From NCBI RefSeq assembly GCF_045037415.1, contig NZ_CP173438.1: DNA of 64,000 nucleotides; one strand, written 5' to 3'. This document shows, one piece after another, positions 29,218 to 47,651 of the stretch; the first letter of the stretch is position 1; the number at the start of each line of letters is the position of its first letter. Made by a program: the position numbers and the translations under genes. This DNA is from Escherichia coli. GTDB taxonomy: Bacteria > Pseudomonadota > Gammaproteobacteria > Enterobacterales > Enterobacteriaceae. Under the pieces are notes generated by a model, which saw nothing but the letters and a program-made list of their open reading frames with translations, did not search any database and was not told the DNA's origin.

Positions 29218-30360
29218 ATGGATTTTAATTTAAATGATGAGCAGGAACTGTTTGTCGCCGGTATCCGCGAACTGATGGCCAGCGAAAACTGGGAGGCCTA
29301 TTTTGCCGAGTGCGACCGTGACAGCGTCTACCCGGAACGTTTTGTCAAAGCCCTGGCGGATATGGGTATCGACAGTCTGCTGATCCCTGAAGAGCACGGT
29401 GGTCTGGACGCGGGGTTTGTTACTCTCGCCGCCGTGTGGATGGAACTGGGTCGTCTGGGAGCGCCAACTTACGTGCTGTATCAGTTACCGGGCGGGTTTA
29501 ACACCTTCCTGCGTGAAGGTACGCAAGAGCAGATCGACAAGATCATGGCTTTCCGCGGCACCGGTAAGCAGATGTGGAACTCAGCGATTACCGAACCGGG
29601 CGCAGGCTCCGACGTGGGTAGCCTGAAAACGACTTATACCCGTAGAAATGGTAAGATTTATCTTAATGGTAGTAAGTGTTTTATTACCAGCAGCGCCTAC
29701 ACCCCGTACATCGTGGTGATGGCGCGCGACGGGGCTTCTCCGGACAAACCTGTCTACACCGAATGGTTTGTTGATATGAGCAAACCGGGCATCAAAGTGA
29801 CCAAACTTGAGAAGCTCGGTCTGCGTATGGATAGCTGCTGTGAAATCACCTTTGACGATGTGGAACTGGACGAGAAAGACATGTTCGGTCGGGAAGGTAA
29901 CGGCTTTAACCGCGTCAAAGAAGAGTTCGACCATGAACGTTTCCTGGTAGCCCTGACCAACTACGGTACGGCGATGTGCGCCTTTGAAGATGCGGCGCGC
30001 TACGCCAACCAGCGCGTGCAGTTTGGCGAGGCTATTGGTCGTTTCCAGTTGATTCAGGAAAAATTCGCCCACATGGCGATCAAATTAAACTCCATGAAAA
30101 ACATGCTGTATGAAGCAGCGTGGAAAGCAGACAACGGCACCATCACCTCTGGCGATGCAGCGATGTGCAAATACTTCTGCGCCAATGCGGCATTTGAAGT
30201 GGTGGATAGCGCAATGCAGGTGCTGGGCGGTGTCGGGATTGCGGGTAATCACCGCATCAGCCGCTTCTGGCGTGACCTGCGTGTAGACCGCGTTTCCGGA
30301 GGATCTGACGAAATGCAGATCCTGACGCTGGGCCGCGCGGTGCTGAAGCAATACCGCTAA
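29218..30360 (+). CDS. caiA: Crotonobetainyl-CoA reductase (acyl-CoA dehydrogenase family)
   Basis: 380-aa [23 protein letters not shown]...; matches CaiA. Confidence 0.96.
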
Positions 30361-31706
<1,346 letters not shown>

Positions 31707-31778
31707 ACGCGTGGCGTCAGTCAGCTTGCCTGACTAGTGCCCGCTCAATAACAAACGAACAAAATGGATAGAGGTGCA

Positions 31779-33332
31779 ATGGATATCATTGGCGGACAAC
31801 ATCTACGTCAAATGTGGGACGATCTGGCGGACGTTTACGGTCATAAAACGGCGCTGATTTGTGAATCCAGCAGCGGAGTCGTTAACCGGTATAGTTATCT
31901 TGAGTTAAATCAGGAGATTAACCGCACGGCAAACCTGTTTTATACGCTGGGGATTCGCAAAGGCGACAAGGTTGCTCTACATCTCGACAACTGCCCGGAA
32001 TTTATCTTTTGCTGGTTCGGGTTGGCAAAAATTGGCGCGATTATGGTGCCGATTAACGCCCGCCTGTTGCGCGAAGAAAGCACGTGGATCCTGCAAAATA
32101 GCCAGGCGTGCCTGCTGGTGACCAGTGCGCAATTTTATCCTATGTATCAACAGATTCAGCAGGAAGATGCCTCTCAGTTGCGGCACATTTGCCTGACAGA
32201 TATGGCACTTCCCGCTGATGATGGCGTGAGTTCGTTTACTCAACTGAAAAATCAACAACCTGCCACCTTGTGCTATGCACCGCCGCTATCGACTGACGAT
32301 ACGGCGGAAATTCTCTTCACCTCCGGCACCACCTCCCGACCGAAAGGGGTGGTGATAACTCATTACAACCTGCGCTTCGCTGGATATTACTCCGCCTGGC
32401 AGTGCGCACTGCGTGATGATGACATCTACCTGACGGTAATGCCTGCATTTCATATCGATTGCCAGTGTACTGCGGCAATGGCGGCATTTTCTGCCGGGGC
32501 CACCTTTGTGCTGGTCGAGAAATACAGCGTCCGCGCCTTCTGGGGGCAGGTACAGAAGTACCGTGCCACCGTTACCGAATGTATTCCGATGATGATCCGT
32601 ACCCTGATGGTACAACCACCTTCTGTGAATGACAGGCAACACTGCCTGCGGGAAGTGATGTTTTATCTCAACCTGTCAGAGCAGGAAAAAGACGCTTTTT
32701 GTGAACGCTTCGGCGTCCGCTTGCTGACGTCTTACGGGATGACGGAAACCATTGTTGGCATTATCGGCGATCGCCCTGGCGATAAACGACGCTGGCCGTC
32801 AATTGGTCGGGCGGGGTTTTGCTACGAAGCGGAGATCCGCGACGATCACAATCGCCCGCTCCCGGCAGGTGAAATCGGTGAAATCTGTATTAAAGGCGTA
32901 CCAGGGAAAACCATCTTCAAAGAGTATTTTCTCAACCCGAAAGCCACTGCGAAAGTGCTGGAAGCCGATGGCTGGCTACATACCGGCGATACCGGATACC
33001 GCGACGAAGAGGGCTTTTTTTATTTCGTCGATCGCCGCTGCAATATGATCAAACGCGGTGGCGAGAATGTCTCCTGCGTGGAGCTCGAAAATATCATCGC
33101 CACCCATCCCAAAATTCAGGATATCGTGGTTGTGGGTATTAAAGATTCGATTCGCGATGAAGCCATCAAAGCATTTGTGGTGCTGAATGAAGGTGAAACA
33201 TTGAGCGAAGAGGAATTTTTCCGCTTCTGCGAACAAAATATGGCGAAATTTAAAGTGCCCTCTTATCTGGAGATCAGAAAAGATCTGCCACGTAATTGCT
33301 CGGGGAAAATAATTAGAAAGAATCTGAAATAA
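31779..33332 (+). CDS. caiC: Crotonobetaine/carnitine-CoA ligase
   Basis: Acyl-CoA synthetase family ORF; start chosen at [13 protein letters not shown] (517 aa); an in-frame ATG 5 codons upstream (31764) is an alternative. Confidence 0.9.
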   Translation: MDIIGGQHLRQMWDDLADVYGHKTALICESSSGVVNRYSYLELNQEINRTANLFYTLGIRKGDKVALHLDNCPEFIFCWFGLAKIGAIMVPINARLLREESTWILQNSQACLLVTSAQFYPMYQQIQQEDASQLRHICLTDMALPADDGVSSFTQLKNQQPATLCYAPPLSTDDTAEILFTSGTTSRPKGVVITHYNLRFAGYYSAWQCALRDDDIYLTVMPAFHIDCQCTAAMAAFSAGATFVLVEKYSVRAFWGQVQKYRATVTECIPMMIRTLMVQPPSVNDRQHCLREVMFYLNLSEQEKDAFCERFGVRLLTSYGMTETIVGIIGDRPGDKRRWPSIGRAGFCYEAEIRDDHNRPLPAGEIGEICIKGVPGKTIFKEYFLNPKATAKVLEADGWLHTGDTGYRDEEGFFYFVDRRCNMIKRGGENVSCVELENIIATHPKIQDIVVVGIKDSIRDEAIKAFVVLNEGETLSEEEFFRFCEQNMAKFKVPSYLEIRKDLPRNCSGKIIRKNLK

Positions 33333-33440
33333 ATGAAACGGCAGGGAACTACCCTGTCAGCTAATAATCACGCTCTAAAACAATATGCATTTTTTGCAGG
33401 GATGTTGTCGTCCCTGAAAAAGCAAAAATGGAGAAAAGGA

Positions 33441-34226
33441 ATGAGTGAATCATTACATCTGACCCGCAATGGATCAATTCTGGAAATTACCCTTGATCGT
33501 CCAAAAGCGAATGCTATTGATGCAAAAACCAGCTTTGAAATGGGCGAAGTATTTCTAAATTTCCGTGACGATCCGCAATTACGTGTCGCCATTATTACCG
33601 GTGCCGGAGAGAAATTCTTTTCCGCGGGCTGGGATTTAAAAGCGGCAGCAGAAGGCGAAGCACCGGATGCTGACTTTGGCCCGGGAGGTTTTGCGGGATT
33701 AACCGAAATTTTCAATCTCGACAAACCGGTCATCGCCGCTGTGAACGGCTATGCCTTTGGCGGCGGCTTTGAACTGGCGCTGGCGGCAGATTTTATTGTT
33801 TGTGCCGATAACGCCAGCTTCGCCCTACCGGAAGCCAAACTGGGCATCGTTCCTGACAGCGGCGGCGTGCTGCGTCTGCCGAAGATCCTGCCGCCTGCCA
33901 TCGTCAATGAAATGGTGATGACCGGCAGACGAATGGGCGCAGAAGAGGCGCTGCGTTGGGGGGTAGTCAACCGCGTGGTTAGCCAGGCGGAACTGATGGA
34001 TAACGCCCGCGAACTGGCGCAGCAGCTGGTTAACAGCGCTCCGCTGGCGATTGCGGCGCTGAAAGAGATCTACCGCACCACCAGCGAAATGCCGGTAGAA
34101 GAAGCGTATCGCTATATTCGCAGCGGCGTGTTGAAACACTATCCATCGGTTCTGCATTCGGAAGATGCCATTGAAGGGCCGCTGGCGTTTGCCGAGAAGC
34201 GCGATCCAGTGTGGAAAGGACGTTAA
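33441..34226 (+). CDS. caiD: Carnitinyl-CoA dehydratase (crotonase family)
   Basis: Start chosen at [25 protein letters not shown] (261 aa) with RBS aaagga upstream; track ORF from 33333 is a 36-codon extension without RBS. Confidence 0.88.
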   Translation: MSESLHLTRNGSILEITLDRPKANAIDAKTSFEMGEVFLNFRDDPQLRVAIITGAGEKFFSAGWDLKAAAEGEAPDADFGPGGFAGLTEIFNLDKPVIAAVNGYAFGGGFELALAADFIVCADNASFALPEAKLGIVPDSGGVLRLPKILPPAIVNEMVMTGRRMGAEEALRWGVVNRVVSQAELMDNARELAQQLVNSAPLAIAALKEIYRTTSEMPVEEAYRYIRSGVLKHYPSVLHSEDAIEGPLAFAEKRDPVWKGR

Positions 34227-34231
34227 CAACC

Positions 34232-34822
34232 GTGAGCTATTACGCCTTTGAGGGGTTAATTCCGGTTGTTCACCCGACGGCGTTTGTCCATCCCAGTGCA
34301 GTATTGATTGGCGATGTGATTGTGGGAGCCGGTGTCTACATCGGCCCACTCGCCTCACTGCGTGGTGACTACGGGCGGTTGATCGTGCTAGCGGGAGCCA
34401 ATATTCAGGATGGCTGCATTATGCATGGCTACTGCGACACTGACACCATCGTTGGGGAAAACGGTCATATCGGGCACGGAGCGATCCTGCATGGTTGTGT
34501 GATTGGTCGCGATGCACTGGTCGGGATGAACAGCGTGATTATGGATGGCGCGGTCATTGGCGAAGAGAGCATTGTTGCCGCTATGAGCTTTGTCAAAGCG
34601 GGCTTTCGCGGCGAGAAACGCCAGTTGTTGATGGGTACGCCAGCCCGCGCTGTACGCAGCGTGAGTGACGACGAGTTACACTGGAAACGGTTGAATACCA
34701 AAGAGTATCAGGATCTTGTCGGGCGCTGTCATGCATCGTTACATGAAACGCAGCCACTGAGGCAAATGGAGGAAAATCGCCCCCGTTTGCAGGGGACGAC
34801 GGATGTGACGCCGAAACGGTGA
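34232..34822 (+). CDS. caiE: Carnitine operon protein CaiE (hexapeptide-repeat family)
   Basis: GTG start giving [24 protein letters not shown]... (196 aa); alternative GTG at 34211. Confidence 0.85.
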   Translation: MSYYAFEGLIPVVHPTAFVHPSAVLIGDVIVGAGVYIGPLASLRGDYGRLIVLAGANIQDGCIMHGYCDTDTIVGENGHIGHGAILHGCVIGRDALVGMNSVIMDGAVIGEESIVAAMSFVKAGFRGEKRQLLMGTPARAVRSVSDDELHWKRLNTKEYQDLVGRCHASLHETQPLRQMEENRPRLQGTTDVTPKR

Positions 34823-34940
34823 TCTTGCCGGATGCGGCGTAAACGCCTTATCCGACCTGGCTGGAAAGCAACCGTAGGCCGGATAAGATGCGCCAGCATC
34901 GCATCCGGCAACCAGGCTGCGTGGTATCAACGAAATGACA
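34823..34940. repeat. REP/BIME repeats (caiE-caiF spacer)
   Basis: gccggatgcggcgtaaacgccttatccg and gtaggccggataagatgcgccagcatcgcatccggca motifs. Confidence 0.7.
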
Positions 34941-35336
34941 TTAACGACGCATACTCTTTGACAACATCATCTGCCACTTCTGCTCGCGGTTAAGTTCCGT
35001 GAGCGGAACGGCAGGAATACGCGGCGTCTTTCTTACGCCGACTAATTTATCCCGGCTGTTATTGCGCAGACGCGCGTAAATTTGCTCATCGATATCAACC
35101 ACTTTAACCAGTCGCTGACACTGGCATCCCCGCCCTTCCAGCTTATTAGGGATCATCTTAACTTCGCAGCTTATTTCTGTGACTTCCGACAGAATATAAG
35201 TCAGGGTATTAACCGCCTTGCTGTGTTCAATATCGAAATGAATAGAGATCTCTCTTGCTATCACCCACCGATTTTCAGCCATCATCCATTCGGCGATTAA
35301 CAAGTAGAGTGGTTTTTCAACATATCCTTCACACAT
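34941..35336 (-). CDS. caiF: Transcriptional activator of cai/fix operons
   Basis: Internal Met MCEGYVEKPLYLLIAEWMMAENRWVIAREISIHF... gives the 131-aa CaiF; track ORF is 5'-extended. Confidence 0.9.
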   Translation of the reverse strand: MCEGYVEKPLYLLIAEWMMAENRWVIAREISIHFDIEHSKAVNTLTYILSEVTEISCEVKMIPNKLEGRGCQCQRLVKVVDIDEQIYARLRNNSRDKLVGVRKTPRIPAVPLTELNREQKWQMMLSKSMRR

Positions 35337-35596
35337 ACGAACTCCAGTTTCACAAATTAAAAGACTGGCTATGACTCGTTTTGCAGCAATTAAACAAGGC
35401 CATATTAAAATTGTGGATATATCGATAGTATGCAACTTCACCGTCGATAAGTGTGAGCTAAATCCTGCTTATGTCATCAAAAATATCGATTCCCCAAAAG
35501 ATTTACTTAATGGGCAAAAAAAACGGTCCTCATCAGAGAACCGTATTAGTTATTTGATCAAATTAGCGGATGAAAAATATCCGCCATGACACGCTA

Positions 35597-38818
<3,222 letters not shown>

Positions 38819-38835
38819 GGCTCTTTTACTCCTGA

Positions 38836-39984
38836 TTACTTAGCGGTTTTACGGTACTGCTCAATTAACGCGATAAAGTGGTCAAACAACGGCGCGGCGT
38901 CGTGTGGACCAGGGCTGGCTTCCGGGTGTCCCTGGAAGCTGAACGCCGGTTTATCGGTACGATGAATGCCCTGTAACGTACCGTCGAACAGGGATTTATG
39001 TGTGACACGCAGGTTTGCAGGTAATGTTGCTTCATCCACCGCAAAACCGTGGTTCTGGGCGGTGATCATCACCACATTTTTCTCAACATCTTTAACCGGA
39101 TGGTTGCCGCCGTGGTGACCAAATTTCATTTTGACAGTCTTCGCACCGCTCGCCAGCGCCAGCAGCTGATGGCCGAGGCAGATGCCGAATACCGGAATAT
39201 CGGTTTCGAGGAATTTCTGGATGGCGGTAATGGCGTAATCGCACGGGGCCGGGTCGCCAGGACCGTTGGAGAGGAAGATGCCGTCTGGATTCATTTTCAG
39301 CACATCTTCCGCAGAAGTTTGCGCCGGAACGATGGTCAGACGACAGCCTCTATCCACCAGCATCCGCAGGATGTTGCGCTTGGCACCAAAATCATAAGCC
39401 ACGACGTGGTACGGCAGCTCGTCTTCTTTTTTCGCTTCTGGCAGACCGCCGGTCAGCGTCCAGCTCCCTTGTGTCCAGCTATAGGGTTCTGCGGTAGTCA
39501 CTTCTTTTGCCAGATCCATGCCATTCAGGCCAGGGAACGCGCGGGCTTTTTCTAACGCCAGCGCCGCATCCGGGTTATCGCCTGCGATAATGCAGCCATT
39601 CTGTGCGCCTTTCTCGCGCAGTAAACGCGTCAGCTTACGGGTATCGATATCGGCAATCGCCACGATGTTATGGCGCTTCAGGTAAGAAGAGAGGTCTTCG
39701 GTATTACGAAAGTTGCTGGCAATCAGCGGCAGGTCGCGAATCACCAGACCTTGGGCATGTACCTGAGAAGATTCTTCATCGGCGTCATTAGTGCCGACAT
39801 TGCCAATATGGGGATAAGTAAGAGTAACGATTTGACGAGAATAGGAAGGATCAGTGAGGATTTCTTGATAACCGGTCATTGAAGTATTGAAAACGACTTC
39901 CCCAACCGCCGAACCTGTTGCCCCTATGGCCCGACCGTGAAACTGGGTTCCGTCTTCCAGAACCAATAGCGCTGACTTAATCAA
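38836..39984 (-). CDS. carA: Carbamoyl-phosphate synthase small (glutamine amidotransferase) subunit
   Basis: 382-aa protein [21 protein letters not shown]... from the TTG start at 39984 (carA is known to use UUG); track ORF starts 9 codons upstream at a GTG. Confidence 0.93.
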   Translation of the reverse strand: MIKSALLVLEDGTQFHGRAIGATGSAVGEVVFNTSMTGYQEILTDPSYSRQIVTLTYPHIGNVGTNDADEESSQVHAQGLVIRDLPLIASNFRNTEDLSSYLKRHNIVAIADIDTRKLTRLLREKGAQNGCIIAGDNPDAALALEKARAFPGLNGMDLAKEVTTAEPYSWTQGSWTLTGGLPEAKKEDELPYHVVAYDFGAKRNILRMLVDRGCRLTIVPAQTSAEDVLKMNPDGIFLSNGPGDPAPCDYAITAIQKFLETDIPVFGICLGHQLLALASGAKTVKMKFGHHGGNHPVKDVEKNVVMITAQNHGFAVDEATLPANLRVTHKSLFDGTLQGIHRTDKPAFSFQGHPEASPGPHDAAPLFDHFIALIEQYRKTAK

Positions 39985-40011
39985 AACACCCTCCAGAGAA
40001 TATTCACTCAC

Positions 40012-40400
40012 TTTATTTGCATATTAATTCACAATGATGACGTAAATCAATGCAAATCTGCTTACCGACGAATTTCTGGCAAACGGCGGCATTCTGGAGA
40101 TATGGGAGCTAAAAGTCAACTTAATGGCGGGATTTTTTATATTATTTTGTGGCTCATGCATGTTTTACAGGCATTAAGCGACAAAAAGATCATATAACAT
40201 GTTCTGGAAAACGCTTGCGCAGCAAGAAGATTGCATGAAATCAAAATGAGTAGAAAAAAGTGGACCAAATGGTCAAAATTTACATTAAAACAACAAAAAC
40301 AGAATACAAAACATGTAACTTTCAGCATTTGCATTAAATTTAAAAACATAACACCAAAAATAAAAGGGCCAAAAATTAAAGCCCTTTATATTCAATGAAT
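40012..40400 (-). promoter_or_regulatory. carAB upstream control region (tandem promoters; very AT-rich)
   Basis: About 400 bp AT-rich spacer upstream of carA, where the pyrimidine/arginine-regulated carAB promoters lie; individual sites not mapped here. Confidence 0.5.
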
Positions 40401-40439
40401 TAAATGTGTTATTTTTGCATCATTATAAATATTTTGTGG

Positions 40440-41276
<837 letters not shown>

Positions 41277-41421
41277 TTAATTTGCATAGACCGTTTTCAG
41301 AGTAACCAGCGCATCGCTACGCCGCCAGCCAAAAACGCTGATAATTAGAAATTAATGATAAACAGGGAGGGATATCAGTGAAAGGCATGACGCAGAAAGT
41401 GATGCGTCATACCCTCTGGCA

Positions 41422-41787
41422 TTATGCCTGGTCTTGTGACTTTGACGGCAGGCAGCACAGTATAAGCAGAATTACGCCCGTAACAGGGATCAACACGACA
41501 ATGGTAACCCACCACCCTGAATATCCGATATCGTGCATCCTTCTGACGGCTAACGCTATCGCCGGTACGGCAAAAATCAACGTTAAAATAAATGACGCGG
41601 GCAGCGCAAAAAAAATGAAAACACCATAGTCATTGTTAATTGTTACCGCTAACCACCAACATAAAAGCGGAAGCAGACAGATAACGCCACTACCAATCAT
41701 AAACGACCAGAACTCGAAGCGATTGGAAACACCTTCATAATTAAAGATGTTTTTCCACCCTTCCAGATACGCTTCTCCATACGTCAT
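41422..41787 (-). CDS. Small inner-membrane protein, DUF805-like (YhaH/YhaI-type), accessory
   Basis: 121-aa ORF with three or four predicted TM segments and the motif RRMHDIGYSGWW resembling the DUF805 signature; not expected at this junction in K-12. Confidence 0.6.
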   Translation of the reverse strand: MTYGEAYLEGWKNIFNYEGVSNRFEFWSFMIGSGVICLLPLLCWWLAVTINNDYGVFIFFALPASFILTLIFAVPAIALAVRRMHDIGYSGWWVTIVVLIPVTGVILLILCCLPSKSQDQA

Positions 41788-41809
41788 AGAACACTTCCTT
41801 GTTTTATTA

Positions 41810-42724
41810 TTAGAGCGCCAGGGCCAGCACCTCAGCCACCCACTGCTGGAAGCCTTTCACATCCAGATCCAGCGCCACCTGTACATTGGCTGGTTTGCCC
41901 AGGCAACCGTCGATATCAACAACCGTCGTGCCTGAGGTAAATTCACCCTGAGTTTCTACCGCGACAAAACACGGTTTGAGTGTGAACAATTCCGGGCGCA
42001 CCAGCCAGGCGATAGCGCAAAGATCGTGCATACGTAGTCCACTTTGCATACTGCCGCTACGGTAGTGGCTAAACAGGGCGTGTAGCATTTTTCCGGTGCG
42101 ATTCAACTCCGGCAAAGTAGCGAGATAGTCAGGGGTTAATATTGCCTGATTGGTGACATCCAGACCGCACATGACGATTTCGATGCCGCTACGGAAGACA
42201 CAGGCTGCCGCTTCTGGATCGGCAGCGATATTAAACTCGGCGTTTGGTGTGCAGTTGCCGCGACCAGCAGAACCGCCCATGATCACCAGACGGCGAATAT
42301 ACGGCTTACATTCCGGGCATTGTGAAAGTAACAGCGCAATATTGGTTAACGGACCGATAGCCACCAGGGTAACGGGCTCTGGCGCACGCATCAGGGCATC
42401 ACGAATTGCCAGAAACGCCGGTATACCCAGTGGCTGACGGTTGTGTTCAACAAAGTTATAGCCAGCCATTCCCGATTCACCGTGTACAGATGCCGCATCG
42501 CGCGGCGCACGAACCAGTGGTACGGCAGCGCCCTGGGCAAGCGGAATATCCACATTCCAGAAATGCAGCAGTTGCAGGGCGTTGCGGGTGGTTTTCTCTA
42601 CCGAAACATTACCCGCGACTGTGGTCATCAGTTGCAGATCGAGTTCGGGGGTAAAAATCGCGGCGGCAATGGCAACGGCATCGTCAATGCCGGGGTCTGT
42701 ATCGAGGAAGATAGGTAAATGCAT
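41810..42724 (-). CDS. rihC: Non-specific ribonucleoside hydrolase
   Basis: 304-aa [27 protein letters not shown]... (nucleoside hydrolase DTDPGIDD motif); matches RihC. Confidence 0.95.
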   Translation of the reverse strand: MHLPIFLDTDPGIDDAVAIAAAIFTPELDLQLMTTVAGNVSVEKTTRNALQLLHFWNVDIPLAQGAAVPLVRAPRDAASVHGESGMAGYNFVEHNRQPLGIPAFLAIRDALMRAPEPVTLVAIGPLTNIALLLSQCPECKPYIRRLVIMGGSAGRGNCTPNAEFNIAADPEAAACVFRSGIEIVMCGLDVTNQAILTPDYLATLPELNRTGKMLHALFSHYRSGSMQSGLRMHDLCAIAWLVRPELFTLKPCFVAVETQGEFTSGTTVVDIDGCLGKPANVQVALDLDVKGFQQWVAEVLALAL

Positions 42725-42789
42725 GTTTTCTCCATAAAAAATGCCGGTAACAAGACCGGCATTTTCGCATAACTTAGACTACTAATGAC

Positions 42790-43740
42790 TTAATCGACTT
42801 CACGAATATCGACACGCAGCTCTTTCGGCACTTCGAAGACGATATTTTCTTCGCGGCCTTCCAGCGGAATGGCTTCGCCACCGCCAAGCTGCTGCAAGCG
42901 TGCCACCACATTCTGCACCAGAATATCCGGAGCCGATGCGCCCGCAGTCACGCCGACGCATTTAACCTCTTTCACCCACTCTTCCTGGATATCTTTCGCA
43001 TCGTCAATCAAAAATGCGCGTTTGCCCATACGCTGGGCCAGTTCCGCCAGACGGTTGGAGTTGGAGGAGTTTTTCGAACCAACCACCAGTACTACTTCCG
43101 CCTGCTCTGCCAGGGCGCGTACCGCTTCCTGACGGTTAGTCGTGGCGTAGCAGATGTCATCTTTGCGCGGACCGACAATTTTCGGGAAGCGTTTACGCAG
43201 CGCGTCGATCACATCAGACGTGTCATCCACCGACAGCGTGGTTTGGGTCATAAAGGAGAGCTTCTCTTCATTTTTGACCGTCAGTTTCCACACATCGTCT
43301 GGCGATTCGACCAGATACATTCCCCCTTCCGGGTTGCTGTACTGGCCCATCGTCCCTTCCACTTCCGGGTGCCCGGCGTGACCGATGAGAATAGATTCTT
43401 CACCACGACGGCTGGCGCGGGCGACTTCCATATGCACTTTGGTCACCAGCGGACAGGTGGCATCAAACACCGTCAAATCGCGGCTTTTCGCTTCGTTACG
43501 TACTGCCTGAGAAACACCGTGTGCGGAGAAAATCAGGATCGCGCCGTCCGGTACTTCGCTAATCTGCTCAATAAAGATAGCCCCACGCTCGCGCAGGCTA
43601 TCGACCACGTAGCGGTTATGCACCACTTCGTGACGGACATATATCGGTGCGCCGTAAATGGCCAGCGCGTTTTCAACAATGCTGATAGCGCGGTCTACCC
43701 CGGCACAAAAACCACGCGGGTTGGCCAACAGGATCTGCAT
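42790..43740 (-). CDS. ispH: 4-hydroxy-3-methylbut-2-enyl diphosphate reductase
   Basis: Internal Met [23 protein letters not shown]... gives the 316-aa IspH; track ORF is 28 codons longer. Confidence 0.95.
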
Positions 43741-43741
43741 G

Positions 43742-44191
43742 TTACGCCTCCAGTGCCGGATCGATTTCCAGCACTTCAATATCAAAATGAACGGTCTGCC
43801 CGGCCAGCGGATGGTTGAAATCAACGGTAATGGAGTCGCCGTTAATTTCGCGGATCACGCCAGGCATCTCACTGCCATCCATTGCGGTAAAAAGCATGAT
43901 TGCGCCAATTTCTGGCTCGCCTGCATCCATAAATTCACGGCGGGAGAAGTACTGAATCAGGTCCGGTGACGGCACGCCAAACGCCGCATCTGGCTCCAGC
44001 GAGAAGGTGGTTTTATCGCCCACTTTCAGCCCCAGCAGGTGTTGCTCCAGCCCTTCAGAAAGAGAAGCATCACCCAGGCGGAACAGCGCCGGTTTACCGT
44101 TGTTGCGGGTAGACTCAGCGGTGGTGCCATCATCGAGTTTCAGCGTGAAGTGCACCAGGACGGCGCTATTGCTCTGTACAGATTCAGACAT
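43742..44191 (-). CDS. fkpB: FKBP-type peptidyl-prolyl cis-trans isomerase
   Basis: 149-aa [31 protein letters not shown]...; matches FkpB. Confidence 0.95.
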
Positions 44192-44298
44192 GCAGGTTTG
44201 CTCTTATATTTTGAGGATTTTTGCCGGATGCGGCCTACGATTTCGCAGCAATCTGTAGGCCGGATAAGATGCGTCAGCATCGCATCCGGCAGGGTTTA
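44192..44298. repeat. REP/BIME repeats (fkpB-lspA spacer)
   Basis: gccggatgcggcctac...gtaggccggataagatgcgtcagcatcgcatccggca. Confidence 0.7.
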
Positions 44299-44793
44299 TT
44301 ATTGTTTTTTCGCTTTAGAAGGTAAAAAACCTTCCAGCACAATCAGTGCCGCACCGACACAAATGGCAGTATCGGCAAGGTTGAAGGTGGCGAAGTGCCA
44401 GTCGCCGACGTAGAAGTCGATCATATCGACAACGAAGCCGTGCCACAGGCGGTCGAACAGGTTGCCCAGCGCGCCGCCAATAATCAGCGCGTAAGCGATA
44501 TTGTTTAGCTTCTGCGCGGCCTTCGAGCGATACATCATCACTACCAGGATCACGCTAATACCAATCGCAATACCGGCAAAGAACCAACGCTGCCAGCCGC
44601 CGCTATCGGCAAGGAAACTAAACGCCGCGCCATAGTTACGCGCATAATGCAGATTAAGCGACGGGAACAGCGGGACCGTATCCCCCAGAGCAAAGTTCTG
44701 GAGGATCAGGTATTTGCTGCCCAGATCGATAATCAGCACGACTACCACCAGCCACAGCCAGCGTAGCCCTGTTGAACAGATCGATTGACTCAT
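44299..44793 (-). CDS. lspA: Lipoprotein signal peptidase II
   Basis: 164-aa multi-TM ORF; matches LspA; start overlaps ileS stop. Confidence 0.96.
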   Translation of the reverse strand: MSQSICSTGLRWLWLVVVVLIIDLGSKYLILQNFALGDTVPLFPSLNLHYARNYGAAFSFLADSGGWQRWFFAGIAIGISVILVVMMYRSKAAQKLNNIAYALIIGGALGNLFDRLWHGFVVDMIDFYVGDWHFATFNLADTAICVGAALIVLEGFLPSKAKKQ

Positions 44794-47609
44794 CAGGCAA
44801 ACTTACGTTTTTCACCGTCACCGGCGACGTTGCTGACACAGCGGCCGCAGATTTCTGCGTGTTCCGCCACCTTGCCGACATCCTGGGTGTAGTGCCAGCA
44901 GCGAGGGCACTTCTCACCTTCGGCTTTACTCAACGCGACTTTCAGCCCTTTGAGGACTTCGCTCTGCTGGGCATCAGCAGGTGCGTCGTTATAGTCTGCA
45001 ACGGTAGCGCCGGAGGTCAACAGGACAAATCGTAATTCATCGCCCAGCGCGGTCAGTTTCGCCGCCAGTTCCGGTTCTGCATACAAGGTTACTGCAGCTT
45101 CCAGCGAGCCGCCCACTTTCTTATCGGCACGCGCTTGCTCAATGACTTTGTTCACTTCGCCACGCACTTTCAACAGCTCGTCCCAGAACGCATCGTTCAT
45201 TGCTTCACTGTCTGCCAGACCAAACAGGCCTTCGTACCACTCGCCGGTGAAGACGTATTTTTCACGTTCGCCCGGCAGGTAGCCCCACACTTCATCAGCG
45301 GTGAAGGAGAGGATTGGTGCCATCCAGCGAACCAGCGCTTCTGCGATGTGATACAGCGCAGTCTGGCAGCTACGACGCGCCACGCTGTCCGCTTTGGCGG
45401 TATACTGACGGTCTTTGATGATGTCGAGGTAGAAGGAACCCATCTCAACGGAGCAGAAGCGCATCAGACGCTGTACCACTTCGTGGAAATCGTATGCTTC
45501 GTACGCCTTGAGGATGTCTTCCTGTGCCGCTTTCGCACAACCTACGGCCCAGCGATCCAGTACCACCATCTCTTCCGGTTTCACCATATCTTTTGCCGGA
45601 TCAAAACCGTTCAGGTTTGCCAGCAGGAAGCGCGCGGTGTTACGGATACGACGATAGCTGTCGGCAGCACGTTTCAGAATCTCGTCAGAAACAGCCATTT
45701 CGCCGGTGTAGTCGGTTGATGCCACCCACAGACGCAGAATATCCGCACCCAGTTTGTTCATCACATCCTGCGGCGAAACGGTGTTACCGATGGATTTAGA
45801 CATCTTGCGACCCTGACCATCCACGGTAAAGCCGTGAGTCAGTACCTGACGATATGGCGCTTTGCCCTTCATCGCGGTAGAGATCATCAGGGAAGACATG
45901 AACCAGCCACGGTGTTGGTCAGAACCTTCCAGATACATGTCCGCTGCGTGACCGGCAAATTCCGGACGCACATCAACAACGGAAGAGTGGGTAGATCCGG
46001 AGTCAAACCATACATCCAGCGTATCCGGTACTTTCACATACTGGTCAGCTTCGTCGCCGAGGATCTCTTTCGCATCGAGATCCCACCACGCCTGGATGCC
46101 GTCAACTTCAACGCGTTTTGCCACTTCTTCCATCAGTTCGAGAGTACGCGGATGCAGTTCTTCTGTGTCTTTGTGCACGAACAGTGACATCGGCACGCCC
46201 CAGGTACGCTGACGAGAGATACACCAGTCAGGACGGTTAGCAACCATCGACTCGATACGCGCCTGGCCCCAGTCAGGGATCCACTGCACGCCTTTGATCT
46301 CTTTCAGTGACTGCGCACGCAGACCTTTCTGATCCATGCTGACGAACCACTGCGGCGTCGCGCGGAAGATGATCGGCGTTTTATGACGCCAGCAGCACGG
46401 ATAGCTGTGTTGCATTTTCTCAACGTGCAACAGTGCGCCTTTTTCCTGCAACAACGCAATGACAATATCGTTCGCTTTGAAGACGTTAACGCCATCCAGA
46501 GTCGGGTAAGTACCCGGCAGATAAGTGCCGTCCGGGCCAACCGGGTTAGCGGTTTCCAGACCATATTTTTGACCGATCACATAGTCGTCCGGACCGTGGC
46601 CTGGCGCGGTATGAACGGCACCGGTACCGGCATCCAGCGTAACGTGGTCGCCAAGAATTGCCGGAACATCGAAGTCCATAAACGGATGGGTAAAGCGCAA
46701 CAGTTCCAGCTCAGCACCTTTCACCGTGCCAAGAATGGTGTAATCGCTAACGCCGATACGCTGCATTACGCTTTCAACCAGATCTTTCGCCAGAATCACG
46801 GCCTGACCGTCGATTTGCACCAGCGCATAATCAAAATCAGGTGCAATGGAGATTGCGCGGTTAGCAGGCAGCGTCCACGGCGTGGTGGTCCATATAACCA
46901 GCGAAATTGGGCCGTTAACATTGCTTACGCCAAATTTCGTTTTCAGCGCATCCTGATCGACCGCCTGGAAAGCGACGTCGATGGACGGAGAAGTTTTGTC
47001 GTAATACTCAACTTCCGCTTCTGCCAGTGCAGAACGGCAGTCAACGCACCAGTGCACCGGCTTCGCGCCTTTGTGCAGGTGACCGTTGCCGATGATTTTG
47101 CCCAGCGCGCGGATGATGTTGGCTTCAGTTTTGAAGTCCATGGTCAGGTACGGGTGCGACCAGTCGCCCAGCACGCCCAGACGGATAAAGTCTTTGCGCT
47201 GACCGTCAACCTGGGTCGCAGCGTATTCGCGGCACTTGGCGCGGAACTCAGCGGCGGTGAATTTCTCCCCCGGCTTACCGTATTCTTGCTCTACTTTCAG
47301 TTCGATTGGCAGACCATGACAGTCCCAGCCAGGCACATACGGCGAGTCATATCCAGAAAGCCCTTTGGACTTAATGATAATGTCTTTCAGAATCTTGTTA
47401 ACCGAGTGACCAATATGAATGCTGCCATTCGCATAAGGAGGGCCATCATGCAGAATGAAGGTTTTTTTGCCTTTTTTAGCTGCACGAATGATGCCGTACA
47501 GATCATCATCAGTCCAACGCGCCAGCATTCCCGGTTCGCGCTTGGCGAGATCGCCACGCATCGGGAACCCTGTTTCCGGCAAATTCAGGGTTGATTTATA
47601 GTCACTCAT
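44793..47609 (-). CDS. ileS: Isoleucyl-tRNA synthetase
   Basis: 938-aa ORF with HIGH ([11 protein letters not shown]) and KMSKS motifs; matches IleS. Confidence 0.98.
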
Positions 47610-47651
47610 CAGATTCTCGGTTCCGTATTTCGGTTTGATTACATAACAGGC

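Noticed and set aside
40137-40349. 70-aa ORF in the carA-dapB spacer
   Set aside because: Low-complexity translation in an extremely AT-rich promoter region; no RBS; region corresponds to the carAB control region.
46383-47594. 403-aa ORF on the plus strand
   Set aside because: Antisense within ileS; spurious.
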